Source of the DNA: a virus
DNA length: 50,145 bases
Virus record (IMG/VR): IMGVR_UViG_3300047678_000278
Span: 1 to 50,145 of that record
Strand: one strand, 5' to 3'
Part shown: positions 7,827 to 16,275 of the stretch, in pieces
Layout: every line of letters begins with the position of its first letter
How positions within the stretch are numbered: position 1 is the stretch's first letter
The notes under the pieces: model-generated
Database searches by the model: none
What the model saw: only the letters and a program-made list of their open reading frames with translations
What the model was told of the DNA's origin: nothing
Program-made: the position numbers and the translations under genes

Positions 7827-8630
7827 TTAACGCAAATACCAAGGTTTCGAGTCGCTTATCAATTCAGATTTGAAATTTTTTGTTACAACTTCTTCCGTCC
7901 TGAATTGCTGCAACTCCTCCACCGCGTCTTCCTGTTTCCTCGTATGCGCCTCTCCCCACTCCAGCCCGTATTTATCCGCGCAAATCGGACCATAGCCGTA
8001 ATAGAGAGAATCTTCAGCCGTCAACTCTCTTGCACAGAAGATGCAGTATTTGAGTCGACGGCCGTAGATCGAACCGAACTTAGAAGGGTTATCGATCAGT
8101 TCGTTGATGGCTGGAAAGAGTGGCTCTGGAATCACCAAATCACGATCATGCCGATTGATGACCCAGTAGCCTCTGGAATCCACATGCCCTAATGTCTTCC
8201 ACTCTTTCCATCCGGGGAGATTCTTCTTATCTCTCTCGATATTCACGTAGACGTTGCCGTTCTTGTGAGAGGCGAGTTGGATGGTGTGAGTCGAGTCGCC
8301 ATCAGCAAGCTCGAATTTAATTTTTGGGGTTGAGACGGATGCAGCTTTCGCTTTCTCAAACACCTTATGGATTCCCTCGAGTCGCATCGCAGTAGCGAAT
8401 GTCTGCAACTTCTCGATCGGGGTGAAGTTTGTGGCCTTGGCGTCCTCAGCCGCGAGAATCAACTTACCCACACTCTCCCATTGTTTTTCGGAAAGTCCAG
8501 TGCGAGATTGGCGAAGAAGGGAGTCAGCGAAGTTCTGCCCTGAGACACGGAGTTTGGACTTCAGCTCCTTGAGTAGATCGAGTTTGATTCGACGATCAGC
8601 AGTAATAGGGATTTTGCGCATTGAACTCAC
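7827..8630 (-). CDS. Hypothetical protein with a DUF6011-like C-terminal Cys motif
   Basis: Track ORF. CIFCARELTAEDSLYYGYGPICADKYGL resembles the C..C.R.LT...S...G.GP.CA motif seen in phage proteins. Confidence 0.5.
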   Translation of the reverse strand: MSSMRKIPITADRRIKLDLLKELKSKLRVSGQNFADSLLRQSRTGLSEKQWESVGKLILAAEDAKATNFTPIEKLQTFATAMRLEGIHKVFEKAKAASVSTPKIKFELADGDSTHTIQLASHKNGNVYVNIERDKKNLPGWKEWKTLGHVDSRGYWVINRHDRDLVIPEPLFPAINELIDNPSKFGSIYGRRLKYCIFCARELTAEDSLYYGYGPICADKYGLEWGEAHTRKQEDAVEELQQFRTEEVVTKNFKSELISDSKPWYLR

Positions 8631-8632
8631 TC

Positions 8633-10582
8633 CTAGATATACAATCTAACTCTGGTCTTCAGAGCTCCAAGCGATTCTGCCTGCAACGCCTGATACCGTT
8701 TCACTTTTTCTGCGAGATTCACGCCGAAGATCTTCTGCTTTGCGATCGCAGTCCGCATTCCAAAGTCGGTATAGAGAAGAATCACCCGCTTCTGTGCCCG
8801 CGTAATAGCGGTGTAGAGCCACTCACGACTCAACTGACCTTTTACAATATGATGAACCACGACGATCGCGGTGTCCATCTGCGAGCCTTGGCACTTGTGG
8901 CAGGTGGAAGCATACGCGAGTTGCAGCGCCCCGACTTGCGTCTTGTTGGAGAAGATACGACTTGCGCCATTCGCGAACAGCACTTCAACCCGGTGAGACG
9001 CCGGACCGCCACCTTCACGAACTTCGTCGCTTGAATCTTCACCGTCACCATTGAGGTTTTCGGAAGAGAGATTCAAGTTACCGAAATCCATCGCGGCGAA
9101 CTCAGCGAGCAATCCGGAGTTGTCGTCTTTGCCGTAAAGGATTCGTTCAGCTCTCGCCTTCTTTGCCTCCAGCACTAGATGCTCCGGGCCAACCATTGTG
9201 GCGTCACCAGACCAGGCAGGATTCCTTTCGATCTTTGTGATAACTCCGACCATGCCATTCGTAACTCGATTCTCCACATCAGGAGCTTCGTTCTTGGTGG
9301 CCATGACTCGGTGATTCACTGCGAACCGCTTAAACCCTCCGCGATCGATCTCAATCACATAGCGAGGGTGGTCAGGAGTCGGAGGCTCGATCATATTCGC
9401 GAGCGCCTCGTTGATCCACAGTTGTTGAATCGCCGAGGCTGTGTTGTTCTCGTCAAAGCCGTTGCCAGCAGTAATGATTCGATCACGATACGGATCATAG
9501 ATGAGTGGTTCAGTGGGATCGATGGAAGGGTGGACAGTGCGGGTGCGAAGTTGATTCGCTATCGCAATAATGTTCGCTCCAGCTTTCATCGGGTCGGCCG
9601 GAAGCTCGAACCCGATGACGCGCCAGTTGGGATTCGTCTTCGGATCATCAAACCACTCAGGACCGAACTTCTTCCCTTGCAGAACGGCATGGGCGGTCTC
9701 GATGATTCGATTCGCTGCCGGTTCCTTCTGCCGGTGAATTTTCGTCAACTCCGCAACCGGCCAAGCAGCGAGTGCGTGGGCAAACATCGAGTGAGAAGTG
9801 ACTGGGGGCAGCTGATTCAAGTCCCCAATGAGAATGATTGTCGTGCCACTGCGAGCCGCGTCGAGGATTTGGTGCCAGAGATCGACTCCAACCATTGACG
9901 CTTCGTCCACGATAATGATATCGTAGTCAAATTTATTCGCGGCGTGGCGAGACGGCATGAATATCTTTGTCTCTTTGAAGCTCCCATCCGGCTTGGCTAC
10001 TTCCGTAATAACTGGAGCGTATTCGAGGAGGGAGTGAATCGTTTTGCAAGCAGGATGCAGCCACTCGGGCATGTTCTGCTTGATGACTTGAGTCGCGATG
10101 CCGGTAAACGCACAGAGGGCGATTGAGAGTCCCTGTTTGCCGGTGAGCATGTTGATCTTGCGAGGAGAGATTCCAAGTTCTTCATCCCCATAAACGATTT
10201 TCTCCAAGAGATACTTGGTGACAGTCGTTTTGCCAGAACCAGCCGCGCCAATCAGGCAGCCGTATTGCTCGCTGACTAGCATGTTGATGGCGGCTTCCTG
10301 ACTCGGATCGAGCGTGATCGAAGGGTCGGAGAGACCGCAGACTTCGCGAGGAGGAATCAGCGTGGACTTCACCACTTCCTGCTTAATCGCTTTCGCTTCT
10401 TCCTTCAGCGGATCTTCGAGAGATTCAACCTCCTCGATGATCTCGGTTCCGCTGGCAAGGATTCTCTCGACGATTATATTCGCCTTCGCTTCGAGAGTGT
10501 CGGAGGGAGATTGCCGATCGAGTCGCGCCAACTGGTGCGCCTTGGCGTAGTTAACCATGAACGCAGCGGGATCAAGTGCCAT
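8633..10582 (-). CDS. SF1 DNA helicase, RecD/Dda-like
   Basis: Track ORF. Walker A GAAGSGKTT, Walker B IIIVDEASMV, ILIGDLNQLPPV, TCHKCQGSQMDTAIVV and LYTAITRAQKRVILL are present. Confidence 0.9.
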   Translation of the reverse strand: MALDPAAFMVNYAKAHQLARLDRQSPSDTLEAKANIIVERILASGTEIIEEVESLEDPLKEEAKAIKQEVVKSTLIPPREVCGLSDPSITLDPSQEAAINMLVSEQYGCLIGAAGSGKTTVTKYLLEKIVYGDEELGISPRKINMLTGKQGLSIALCAFTGIATQVIKQNMPEWLHPACKTIHSLLEYAPVITEVAKPDGSFKETKIFMPSRHAANKFDYDIIIVDEASMVGVDLWHQILDAARSGTTIILIGDLNQLPPVTSHSMFAHALAAWPVAELTKIHRQKEPAANRIIETAHAVLQGKKFGPEWFDDPKTNPNWRVIGFELPADPMKAGANIIAIANQLRTRTVHPSIDPTEPLIYDPYRDRIITAGNGFDENNTASAIQQLWINEALANMIEPPTPDHPRYVIEIDRGGFKRFAVNHRVMATKNEAPDVENRVTNGMVGVITKIERNPAWSGDATMVGPEHLVLEAKKARAERILYGKDDNSGLLAEFAAMDFGNLNLSSENLNGDGEDSSDEVREGGGPASHRVEVLFANGASRIFSNKTQVGALQLAYASTCHKCQGSQMDTAIVVVHHIVKGQLSREWLYTAITRAQKRVILLYTDFGMRTAIAKQKIFGVNLAEKVKRYQALQAESLGALKTRVRLYI

Positions 10583-10585
10583 GAC

Positions 10586-10804
10586 TTAATCTTCCTCTGT
10601 CACGTCAAAGACAATGCAGAAGTCATGCATCAATTTTGACTCTTCTCCCAGCTTATCGAGCGCGGAAACGAAAGACGAAAGCAGCATTTGTTTTCTATCA
10701 ATGTGATTCACTGCCGCGAATTTCATTATCGGCGCAGAAAGATAGCGGGTCACTTCTTCGTGGTTAGGATCAGTAACCGAATTAATGCGCACTATGATGG
10801 TCAT
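10586..10804 (-). CDS. Hypothetical protein (72 aa)
   Basis: Track ORF, tightly packed between neighbouring genes. Confidence 0.45.
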   Translation of the reverse strand: MTIIVRINSVTDPNHEEVTRYLSAPIMKFAAVNHIDRKQMLLSSFVSALDKLGEESKLMHDFCIVFDVTEED

Positions 10805-10807
10805 GAC

Positions 10808-12034
10808 TTAACCCTCCTTTTTTCCAAAGTCCGAGAACCTGGCCATCATGGCATCGAATGCAGCGGAGAGCTCAGGGCTGAGTTTAGACGGCGCTTTGGG
10901 CGTTGATTTCTTTGGGGCCTTTTTACGGCCATAGAGTATATCCAATTCTTTCGCCGCTTTTTCGCCGACGTGTTTGATTGTCTGTCCGCCGTCAAGACGG
11001 GCAGCGCGAGCATTGACTCTCTTCATCTCATCCAGCCTACGGTCGGTAAATGAGATTTTCTCAATATCAGTCGTGAGTTGATCGACTGCGACAGTGAGTC
11101 TTTGCCTTTCCAGCTTGCTAACCGAGCCCATTAGATCAGATTGAGTCAGTATCTGCTGGATATTCTGAAGCAATTGACCGGCGGTCGAAGCGGATGACAG
11201 TCGGTTCTGGAGCGTCATTGAGTAAACGCGCTCGATTAAGGTCGGCGGAGTTTTCGTGTCACCGTCCGCGATTTTCGGAATACGACGCCGCAAGACTTTC
11301 ATCGCGGCGGAAATAATCATTGCATTCCCGGAGGGAGTAGGAGAGGAAGCAGTCAATCGCCCCATGTTATCCGCTTCGAGGGAAGAGAATATTGCATGGA
11401 GTGCTAGGAAGTCAAAAGGATTTGACTTATTCTCTAGCCACGCCAGAAATTTCGGTCCGTGGCGCGTGCTATCGACTGCATTGTGGAAGGAGAAGATTGA
11501 GTCAATCCGCAGCATACACTCGAAGACAGCGGTTTCCTCGCACTCAATATCCCACCATTTTTCCGGGAGAGTGGAAAGGTGAGTTTGGAAACGAATTAGG
11601 AAATCCAGTCGTTGGCGAAGTGTGCTGAATGAGTTCTTATGCCGAGCGGGAGTTAGAGTGTCGTAGAAGAAACGACCCATGACATAGCCGAATAGCTTAT
11701 TCGTGCCGTTGAGTTCATCGGCCCGCAAAGCATTGACTAGGGTATGATAGTTGGTATGAAATCGAATTGACGGCGCTGGCCCGCTGGAAAGGATCGCGTG
11801 GCGGATAGCGAATGCATCAACCAATTCCTTCTGAGCCGCTGTCGGCATATCCTGCAAGAGAGATCGCAGACATGTATTCAATTCCTCATCTGACATAACT
11901 CCGTATGCGAAGCCAGTGAGTGAGCAGTAGATATGGTGCATCTTGGCGGCTTTGATCTCGACTATTGATTCAGCCAATACAGGCGGATCGAATACGAAGT
12001 CATTAAAGCCGGAGAGATCGAATGTTTGAGTCAT
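10808..12034 (-). CDS. Hypothetical protein (408 aa), coiled-coil and Lys-rich C-terminus
   Basis: Track ORF 10808..12118 trimmed to MTQTFDLSGF, which is preceded by GGAGCTACTCAC. It ends ...ELSAAFDAMMARFSDFGKKEG. Confidence 0.55.
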   Translation of the reverse strand: MTQTFDLSGFNDFVFDPPVLAESIVEIKAAKMHHIYCSLTGFAYGVMSDEELNTCLRSLLQDMPTAAQKELVDAFAIRHAILSSGPAPSIRFHTNYHTLVNALRADELNGTNKLFGYVMGRFFYDTLTPARHKNSFSTLRQRLDFLIRFQTHLSTLPEKWWDIECEETAVFECMLRIDSIFSFHNAVDSTRHGPKFLAWLENKSNPFDFLALHAIFSSLEADNMGRLTASSPTPSGNAMIISAAMKVLRRRIPKIADGDTKTPPTLIERVYSMTLQNRLSSASTAGQLLQNIQQILTQSDLMGSVSKLERQRLTVAVDQLTTDIEKISFTDRRLDEMKRVNARAARLDGGQTIKHVGEKAAKELDILYGRKKAPKKSTPKAPSKLSPELSAAFDAMMARFSDFGKKEG

Positions 12035-12066
12035 GTGAGTAGCTCCTAGATAGTTGAGTAAGTGGA

Positions 12067-12291
12067 TTAGGTGCGGTTGATTACGATCTCGACGTTCTGG
12101 CTGACTGCCCAACGGCATATGCGAATAAGTCGTTCGCGCCCTGAGTATTTATCGAGATCGATTTCAAATCGAAACGGCTTGTCATTGTGCTTGTATTCAA
12201 GAAAGCACCAGCCGTGTTGAGTCGGTGTTGCCACCGCTGTCTTTGTGATGAAAGAGGGAAGTTGAGCCATGATTGCACCAATTTGATTCAA
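12067..12291 (-). CDS. Hypothetical protein (74 aa)
   Basis: Track ORF with a 4-nt overlap with the upstream gene. Confidence 0.45.
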   Translation of the reverse strand: MNQIGAIMAQLPSFITKTAVATPTQHGWCFLEYKHNDKPFRFEIDLDKYSGRERLIRICRWAVSQNVEIVINRT

Positions 12292-12554
12292 GATTTCGGA
12301 ACGCTATCGATGATAGCCTGAATTTCCTTTTCGTGTCGAATGTGAGCCTCACAGAGTTCGACCATAACGCCACCGTGCAACTCAACTAGATATTGCCCGA
12401 CGTCATATTCAACCAGCGGCGAAAAAAACTCTTTTCCCTTTTCGTTGAATACAACTCCGACCGCCAATCCGCCAGCATTGCGGACGACTTCTTCTGATTT
12501 ATCAAGATCGTATTGCTCAATTTCAGCCAATGTGGCCTGTGACTTATTGCGCAT
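12288..12554 (-). CDS. Hypothetical protein (88 aa)
   Basis: Track ORF. First gene downstream of the candidate promoter at 12616-12645. Confidence 0.5.
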   Translation of the reverse strand: MRNKSQATLAEIEQYDLDKSEEVVRNAGGLAVGVVFNEKGKEFFSPLVEYDVGQYLVELHGGVMVELCEAHIRHEKEIQAIIDSVPKS

Positions 12555-12615
12555 AGCATTGACCCCGTGATTTGGGCAAGAGGGTTGAATACAAGACGTA
12601 GGTGCCCGTGAGAAA

Positions 12616-12645
12616 AGTATAACATGGCGCTAGGGAGCATGGCAA
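12616..12645 (-). promoter_or_regulatory. Sigma70-like promoter with extended -10 (leftward)
   Basis: Minus strand reads TTGCCA, then an 18-nt spacer ending TGt, then TATACT. It lies in a 160-bp gap about 60 nt upstream of ATG 12554. Confidence 0.5.
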
Positions 12646-12713
12646 ACGGAAATTTTCCAATGATATCAATGGGTTAGCGGCCTGTTGGACTCGATAGGAA
12701 AACATTCCTAGCC

Positions 12714-13652
12714 TTATTCCGAGTCTGAACCGAAGGAACCGAGATCGAATCGATTAGCCACCTCGTCGAAGCGATCGAGTTGAGATAGCAGCATCGCTTT
12801 CTTGGTCCCGGGTTTGATTCCTCTCTTATCCAGCGCCTTCTCTTCCATGCGTAACTTCGCTTTACTAATCTCTTCGAGAAGGAGCTTTGAATCTTCGTCC
12901 ATCCTGCTCGGCGACCAGTCGTGGATGGAAGAACTGAATTGTTTCGCCCATTCCTTTACACTCAGTATGGAGTGAAACCGGAATAGAACACGGCGTAAGT
13001 GCCATTGAGGGCGAAAGAAGCGGGGCCAGGGGATTCCGTATTTCGCAAGCATTTCGACTGGGAGGCGAGGAGTACAGGTGAGTCCGGTGATGTGCTGATC
13101 GATTCCGAACTGCCAGCCGTCGTCGATATCTGCCCACATAGGAGGGAGAAGAGAGCGGTCGTGGTTGGAGACTTTATGAGTCAACCATTCAGAGATCGGG
13201 ATTTGGCCGTGTTCGAGCTCTTCGATGAGATTGCCGGTGGATGAGTCAGCGATATACACTGATCCCCAAGATATGTCTCCGAGGACGGATTTTTTGTGAG
13301 CGCCAGAGGAGCGGGAGAGAGAAATCGTTGTGTCTTCTCCGTGGCGAATCTTCGGAAGGAATGGGAGAACGAAGCCGCCATCGAGGAGATCGAAGGGGAT
13401 GAAGGATGGAGGGGAGGAGCGAGTGAGTCGACGATAATACCCACTCGCAGGGCCAATGGAGAACGCGCTCGACCATGCTAGGATTGTGCTGACTCGAGGG
13501 ACGGGGATATGCGAGTCAGCAAGGAATATCTCCCCTCGATCTTGGGAAGCATCGCCTAGGAGATTATGAGCGAGGCCGGCGGAATGAATCTCTGCACTCA
13601 GCGCGCAAACGGACGCGGTGAATTGCTCAGCTGTGATGGATTGAAGGAGCAT
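12714..13652 (-). CDS. Hypothetical early protein (312 aa)
   Basis: Track ORF, no recognisable motif. Third gene of the leftward early transcript. Confidence 0.55.
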   Translation of the reverse strand: MLLQSITAEQFTASVCALSAEIHSAGLAHNLLGDASQDRGEIFLADSHIPVPRVSTILAWSSAFSIGPASGYYRRLTRSSPPSFIPFDLLDGGFVLPFLPKIRHGEDTTISLSRSSGAHKKSVLGDISWGSVYIADSSTGNLIEELEHGQIPISEWLTHKVSNHDRSLLPPMWADIDDGWQFGIDQHITGLTCTPRLPVEMLAKYGIPWPRFFRPQWHLRRVLFRFHSILSVKEWAKQFSSSIHDWSPSRMDEDSKLLLEEISKAKLRMEEKALDKRGIKPGTKKAMLLSQLDRFDEVANRFDLGSFGSDSE

Positions 13653-13667
13653 GTGAGTGAAATGGAC

Positions 13668-14417
13668 TCAGGCGAGTGACGCTTGCGCAACAAGATAGTC
13701 GTCCTTTGACCAGGTTTTGATTTCAGCGCCGTATTGGCTGTTGAGTCGATAGAGGAACTTGAGATGCCCCTGAAGGAGTTTGATGATCCAATCGTTGATT
13801 GGTCTAGAGGGGTAGAAGGGAAGGAATCGTGGAGCCTTCGTCCCCTTGCCCCAGTCATTCATCACCGTCTGCACATCGAGGCAGTAGAGATAAATGATGA
13901 AGAATCGAGCCATCCCGCTCATATCAGACATGGCTTCAGCGGGAAATCCCTCGTCCATATTGTAGATAGAGCCATCGAGTGAGTATGCCCATTCATCGGT
14001 GATATGGATGGGGTTGAATGAGACATTCACGCCGTGTGGGAGAGCGATTGAGTAGTCTTTGAGGCATTCCTCGATTCGCTGACCCAAATCCGCCGGGAGA
14101 TACGGGATGAGGGCTTGGAGGTTGTTGAGAGCCGCTTGATTCGCACTGCCCTTGGTATTGGAATGGAAGTGTAGCGCGCTCATTGCTTTGCGTGGGATGG
14201 TGAGACGAGTGTTGACGGCTGTCTCCGCACGAATCATCGCCCCACAGAACGGGACTAGAAGGAGAGTGAGTTCGAGGAATGTCTCGAGCCCTTTCTTTTG
14301 TGTAGGAGTGAGTGAGACTCGGCGGTTGTAATCTGAATCATATGCGATCACCGCTCGCTCGCCTTGTGACATGAAGATATCACCGAATGACATGTCGGCA
14401 TATGGGTTTGATGACAT
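13668..14417 (-). CDS. Hypothetical early protein (249 aa)
   Basis: Track ORF, no recognisable motif. Confidence 0.55.
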   Translation of the reverse strand: MSSNPYADMSFGDIFMSQGERAVIAYDSDYNRRVSLTPTQKKGLETFLELTLLLVPFCGAMIRAETAVNTRLTIPRKAMSALHFHSNTKGSANQAALNNLQALIPYLPADLGQRIEECLKDYSIALPHGVNVSFNPIHITDEWAYSLDGSIYNMDEGFPAEAMSDMSGMARFFIIYLYCLDVQTVMNDWGKGTKAPRFLPFYPSRPINDWIIKLLQGHLKFLYRLNSQYGAEIKTWSKDDYLVAQASLA

Positions 14418-14421
14418 GGGA

Positions 14422-15357
14422 TTATACCTCGAAGAGATTCAAGAGAGGGGTGATTGTTGGGAAACGAAGTGGGATGGTAGCTCGTACGAATGCATCCCGT
14501 TCTCGCAGAGGCTCATGGAGTCGATAGATTCTCTCAGCCTGAGCGAAGATGACTCTTTTGATTCCTGCACTTCGAGCCTCTGCATCTGCAAGGGCGTTGC
14601 TGTACCGATTCTCGATCACCGATAAATCGTAGTCGCTGATATTCGCCCTATTCTGAAGGGAGTTCTTATCCTGCGTCGCACGGAAAAGCTGTGACTCAAG
14701 TTCAGGCAACCACATGTCTTCACAAGAAACAAAGTAGCGCAAAACGAGTTGTGACATCTGAATTATGTCATACTCTAGCTCCGGACGCAAAATTGGTTTT
14801 GACCTAAATTCATCGAGCAATTTGTCTAGAATCATAAGAGCAGCCGGCTTCGTATCGAATGGGTATTGCAGCCGCATCGTATATGATTTCCACAATGTAG
14901 GTGTGATTGGAGTATCAATGCCGAACTCAGTTGTGACTCGTGAGGCCAGATATGGGAGCGATGACGAGTTCGCAGCTAACAACCCACCAAGTGGAGAGAG
15001 GGTGTATGGGTCAGTGACTCCTAGAGCAGCCAGCCGCATCACAAAGTCATATGAGTTAAGACGCCATGAGTGATTCCGCTCATATTCTGCTTCTTCTTTG
15101 ATCTCGGCTTTGATTCGATCCTTGAGTGCGTGCCGGCTATCTTTCGTAGAGGGCCACCAAGGAAGTGACTCACGTTCATTCTGCGCCAATGCGAGCGTAT
15201 CTATGAAGAACTGCCGGTGATATTTCACCATTCCCTTCTCGAAAGAGAATGCTTCTGCCGGGAGTAGATGGAGTCGATTCTTTAAGATCGCTGCTGTGAG
15301 AGCGCCTTTGAAGTTAAAGGTTAATTCGGCAGTAGTGATATACTTTGGAATCGTCAT
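14422..15357 (-). CDS. Hypothetical early protein (311 aa)
   Basis: Track ORF 14422..15393 trimmed to MTIPKYITT, which is preceded by GAGGATACG. The track's TTG/ATG starts at 15393/15390 lie at or upstream of the predicted transcription start. Confidence 0.55.
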   Translation of the reverse strand: MTIPKYITTAELTFNFKGALTAAILKNRLHLLPAEAFSFEKGMVKYHRQFFIDTLALAQNERESLPWWPSTKDSRHALKDRIKAEIKEEAEYERNHSWRLNSYDFVMRLAALGVTDPYTLSPLGGLLAANSSSLPYLASRVTTEFGIDTPITPTLWKSYTMRLQYPFDTKPAALMILDKLLDEFRSKPILRPELEYDIIQMSQLVLRYFVSCEDMWLPELESQLFRATQDKNSLQNRANISDYDLSVIENRYSNALADAEARSAGIKRVIFAQAERIYRLHEPLRERDAFVRATIPLRFPTITPLLNLFEV

Positions 15358-15392
15358 CGTATCCTCGCTGGCGGAGCACAGAACGAGCATCA

Positions 15393-15421
15393 ATAGTAGA
15401 TGAATCGCGAAAGCATGTCAA
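15393..15421 (-). promoter_or_regulatory. Sigma70-like early promoter, leftward (P_L)
   Basis: Minus strand reads TTGACA (15421-15416), a 17-nt spacer, then TACTAT (15398-15393). Confidence 0.55.
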
Positions 15422-15459
15422 GCGAAATGTGGTGAGTCGGTATAGAATTACGTTGCGGC

Positions 15460-15499
15460 TTCTATTCTACACTGAATGAGAGGAACAGCATGAATAGAA
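15460..15499. promoter_or_regulatory. Inverted pair of the 8-bp box TTCTATTC / GAATAGAA upstream of P_L
   Basis: ttctattc (15460-15467) and gaatagaa (15492-15499) are exact reverse complements. The same box recurs at 16652-16661 and 16669-16678. Confidence 0.4.
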
Positions 15500-15568
15500 A
15501 AACCTGGAGTCTGGTTGCAGGAGGCCAAAGGATTAGCATGTAATATGTGATAGTGAGTCATAGTCCCA

Positions 15569-15585
15569 GCGCCGAAGGCCCTCAC
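15569..15585 (-). repeat. GT(G/A)AGGG + GCC-TTC-GGC motif, copy 1 (inverted orientation)
   Basis: The reverse complement reads gtgagggccttcggcgc. Its upstream flank gagacgtcgcttgtgaggg matches copy 3 (gatacgtcgctcgtaaggg). Confidence 0.7.
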
Positions 15586-15594
15586 AAGCGACGT

Positions 15595-15636
15595 CTCAAC
15601 ACCTCAACACCTCAACACCTCAACACCTCACAACAC
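15595..15636. repeat. Microsatellite (CTCAACAC), 4 perfect copies plus 1 variant
   Basis: Read directly from the sequence; the tract has no G. Confidence 0.95.
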
Positions 15637-15669
15637 TCATGCCCTATCGATTCGTTGCGCTCCCTAGGA

Positions 15670-15723
15670 CATGAGTGTGATGAATGTGATGAATGTGATG
15701 AATGTGATGAATGTGATGAATGC
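15670..15723. repeat. Microsatellite (GATGAATGT), 4 perfect copies plus 2 variants
   Basis: Read directly from the sequence; C occurs only at the first and last positions. Confidence 0.95.
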
Positions 15724-15737
15724 ATAGATTATAAGAA

Positions 15738-15765
15738 CGGTTAATGTAAGGGCGACTGGCGTCGC
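15738..15765 (+). repeat. GTAAGGG + hairpin motif, copy 2 (variant stem GCGAC-TGGC-GTCGC)
   Basis: cggttaatgtaagggcgactggcgtcgc. The upstream half resembles copies 6 and 7 (cggtaaacgtaaggg). Confidence 0.65.
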
Positions 15766-15768
15766 GCT

Positions 15769-15790
15769 ATCTGAATCATATCTGAATCAC
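15769..15790. repeat. 11-bp direct repeat TATCTGAATCA, 2 copies
   Basis: Read directly. Each copy contains TGAATCA, whose reverse complement TGATTCA occurs twice at 15863-15880. Confidence 0.9.
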
Positions 15791-15837
15791 AATTATATAA
15801 TGAGGGGGACTTATGTAATGAGGGAGATACGTCGCTC

Positions 15838-15855
15838 GTAAGGGCAACTTCGTTG
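15838..15855 (+). repeat. GTAAGGG + hairpin motif, copy 3 (stem CAAC-TTC-GTTG)
   Basis: gtaagggcaacttcgttg. The stem sequence differs from other copies but the pairing and the TTC loop are kept. Confidence 0.65.
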
Positions 15856-15859
15856 TGGT

Positions 15860-15880
15860 CATTGATTCAACATTGATTCA
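15860..15880. repeat. Direct repeat CATTGATTCA, 2 copies
   Basis: Read directly. Reverse complement of the TGAATCA pair about 90 bp upstream. Confidence 0.9.
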
Positions 15881-15887
15881 CATCTGC

Positions 15888-15912
15888 GGCGCCGAAGGCG
15901 GAGCGGCCGAAG
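15888..15912 (-). repeat. Core hairpin motif, copy 4 (inverted; CGCC-GAA-GGCG on the plus strand)
   Basis: ggcgccgaaggcggagcggccgaag. The reverse complement contains gccttcggcgcc and a second cttcggc. No GTAAGGG is attached. Confidence 0.5.
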
Positions 15913-15987
15913 AAAACCATCACACTCACTACTAGATTCGTGCTATGTGCGTATTGACTCTATTAATACACCTATCATTGATCTGTC

Positions 15988-16029
15988 ATTCGTTATTCGT
16001 TATTCGTTATTCGTTATTCGTTATTCGTT
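15988..16029. repeat. Microsatellite (ATTCGTT), 6 perfect copies
   Basis: Read directly from the sequence. Confidence 0.95.
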
Positions 16030-16063
16030 ACTCATTATTCACCATTCATTATCCATTATTTAT

Positions 16064-16095
16064 CCATCATCCATCATCCATCATCCATCATCCAT
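16064..16095. repeat. Microsatellite (CCATCAT), 4.5 copies
   Basis: Read directly; G-free. It runs straight into motif copy 5. Confidence 0.95.
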
Positions 16096-16110
16096 AAGGG
16101 CCTTCGGCGT
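16095..16110 (+). repeat. (A)TAAGGG + GCC-TTC-GGC motif, copy 5
   Basis: taagggccttcggcgt. Confidence 0.65.
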
Positions 16111-16176
16111 GCTTGATAGGTTTGCTTGATATGACTCATGTAACCATTGAGCAACAATTCGTATTATACTGTGTGC

Positions 16177-16204
16177 GATGGAGAATGGAGGATGGAGAAT
16201 GGAG
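16177..16204. repeat. Microsatellite ((G/A)ATGGAG), 4 copies
   Basis: gatggag aatggag gatggag aatggag; C-free. It presents four GGA motifs. Confidence 0.95.
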
Positions 16205-16205
16205 A

Positions 16206-16230
16206 CGGTAAACGTAAGGGCCTTCGGCGC
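16206..16230 (+). repeat. 25-mer CGGTAAACGTAAGGGCCTTCGGCGC, copy 6
   Basis: Identical to 16458-16482. Confidence 0.95.
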
Positions 16231-16233
16231 ATT

Positions 16234-16275
16234 GGTGTTGGTGTTGGTGTTGGTGTTGGTGTTGGTGTTGGTGTT
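16234..16275. repeat. Microsatellite (GGTGTT), 7 perfect copies
   Basis: Read directly; contains only G and T. Reverse complement AACACC is embedded in each unit of the CTCAACAC array. Confidence 0.95.

Noticed and set aside
15441-15801. Additional sigma70-like -10 elements (TATAGAAT at 15441, perfect TATAAT at 15796).
   Set aside because: No acceptable -35 element lies 16-19 nt upstream, and AT-rich hexamers are expected by chance in this region.
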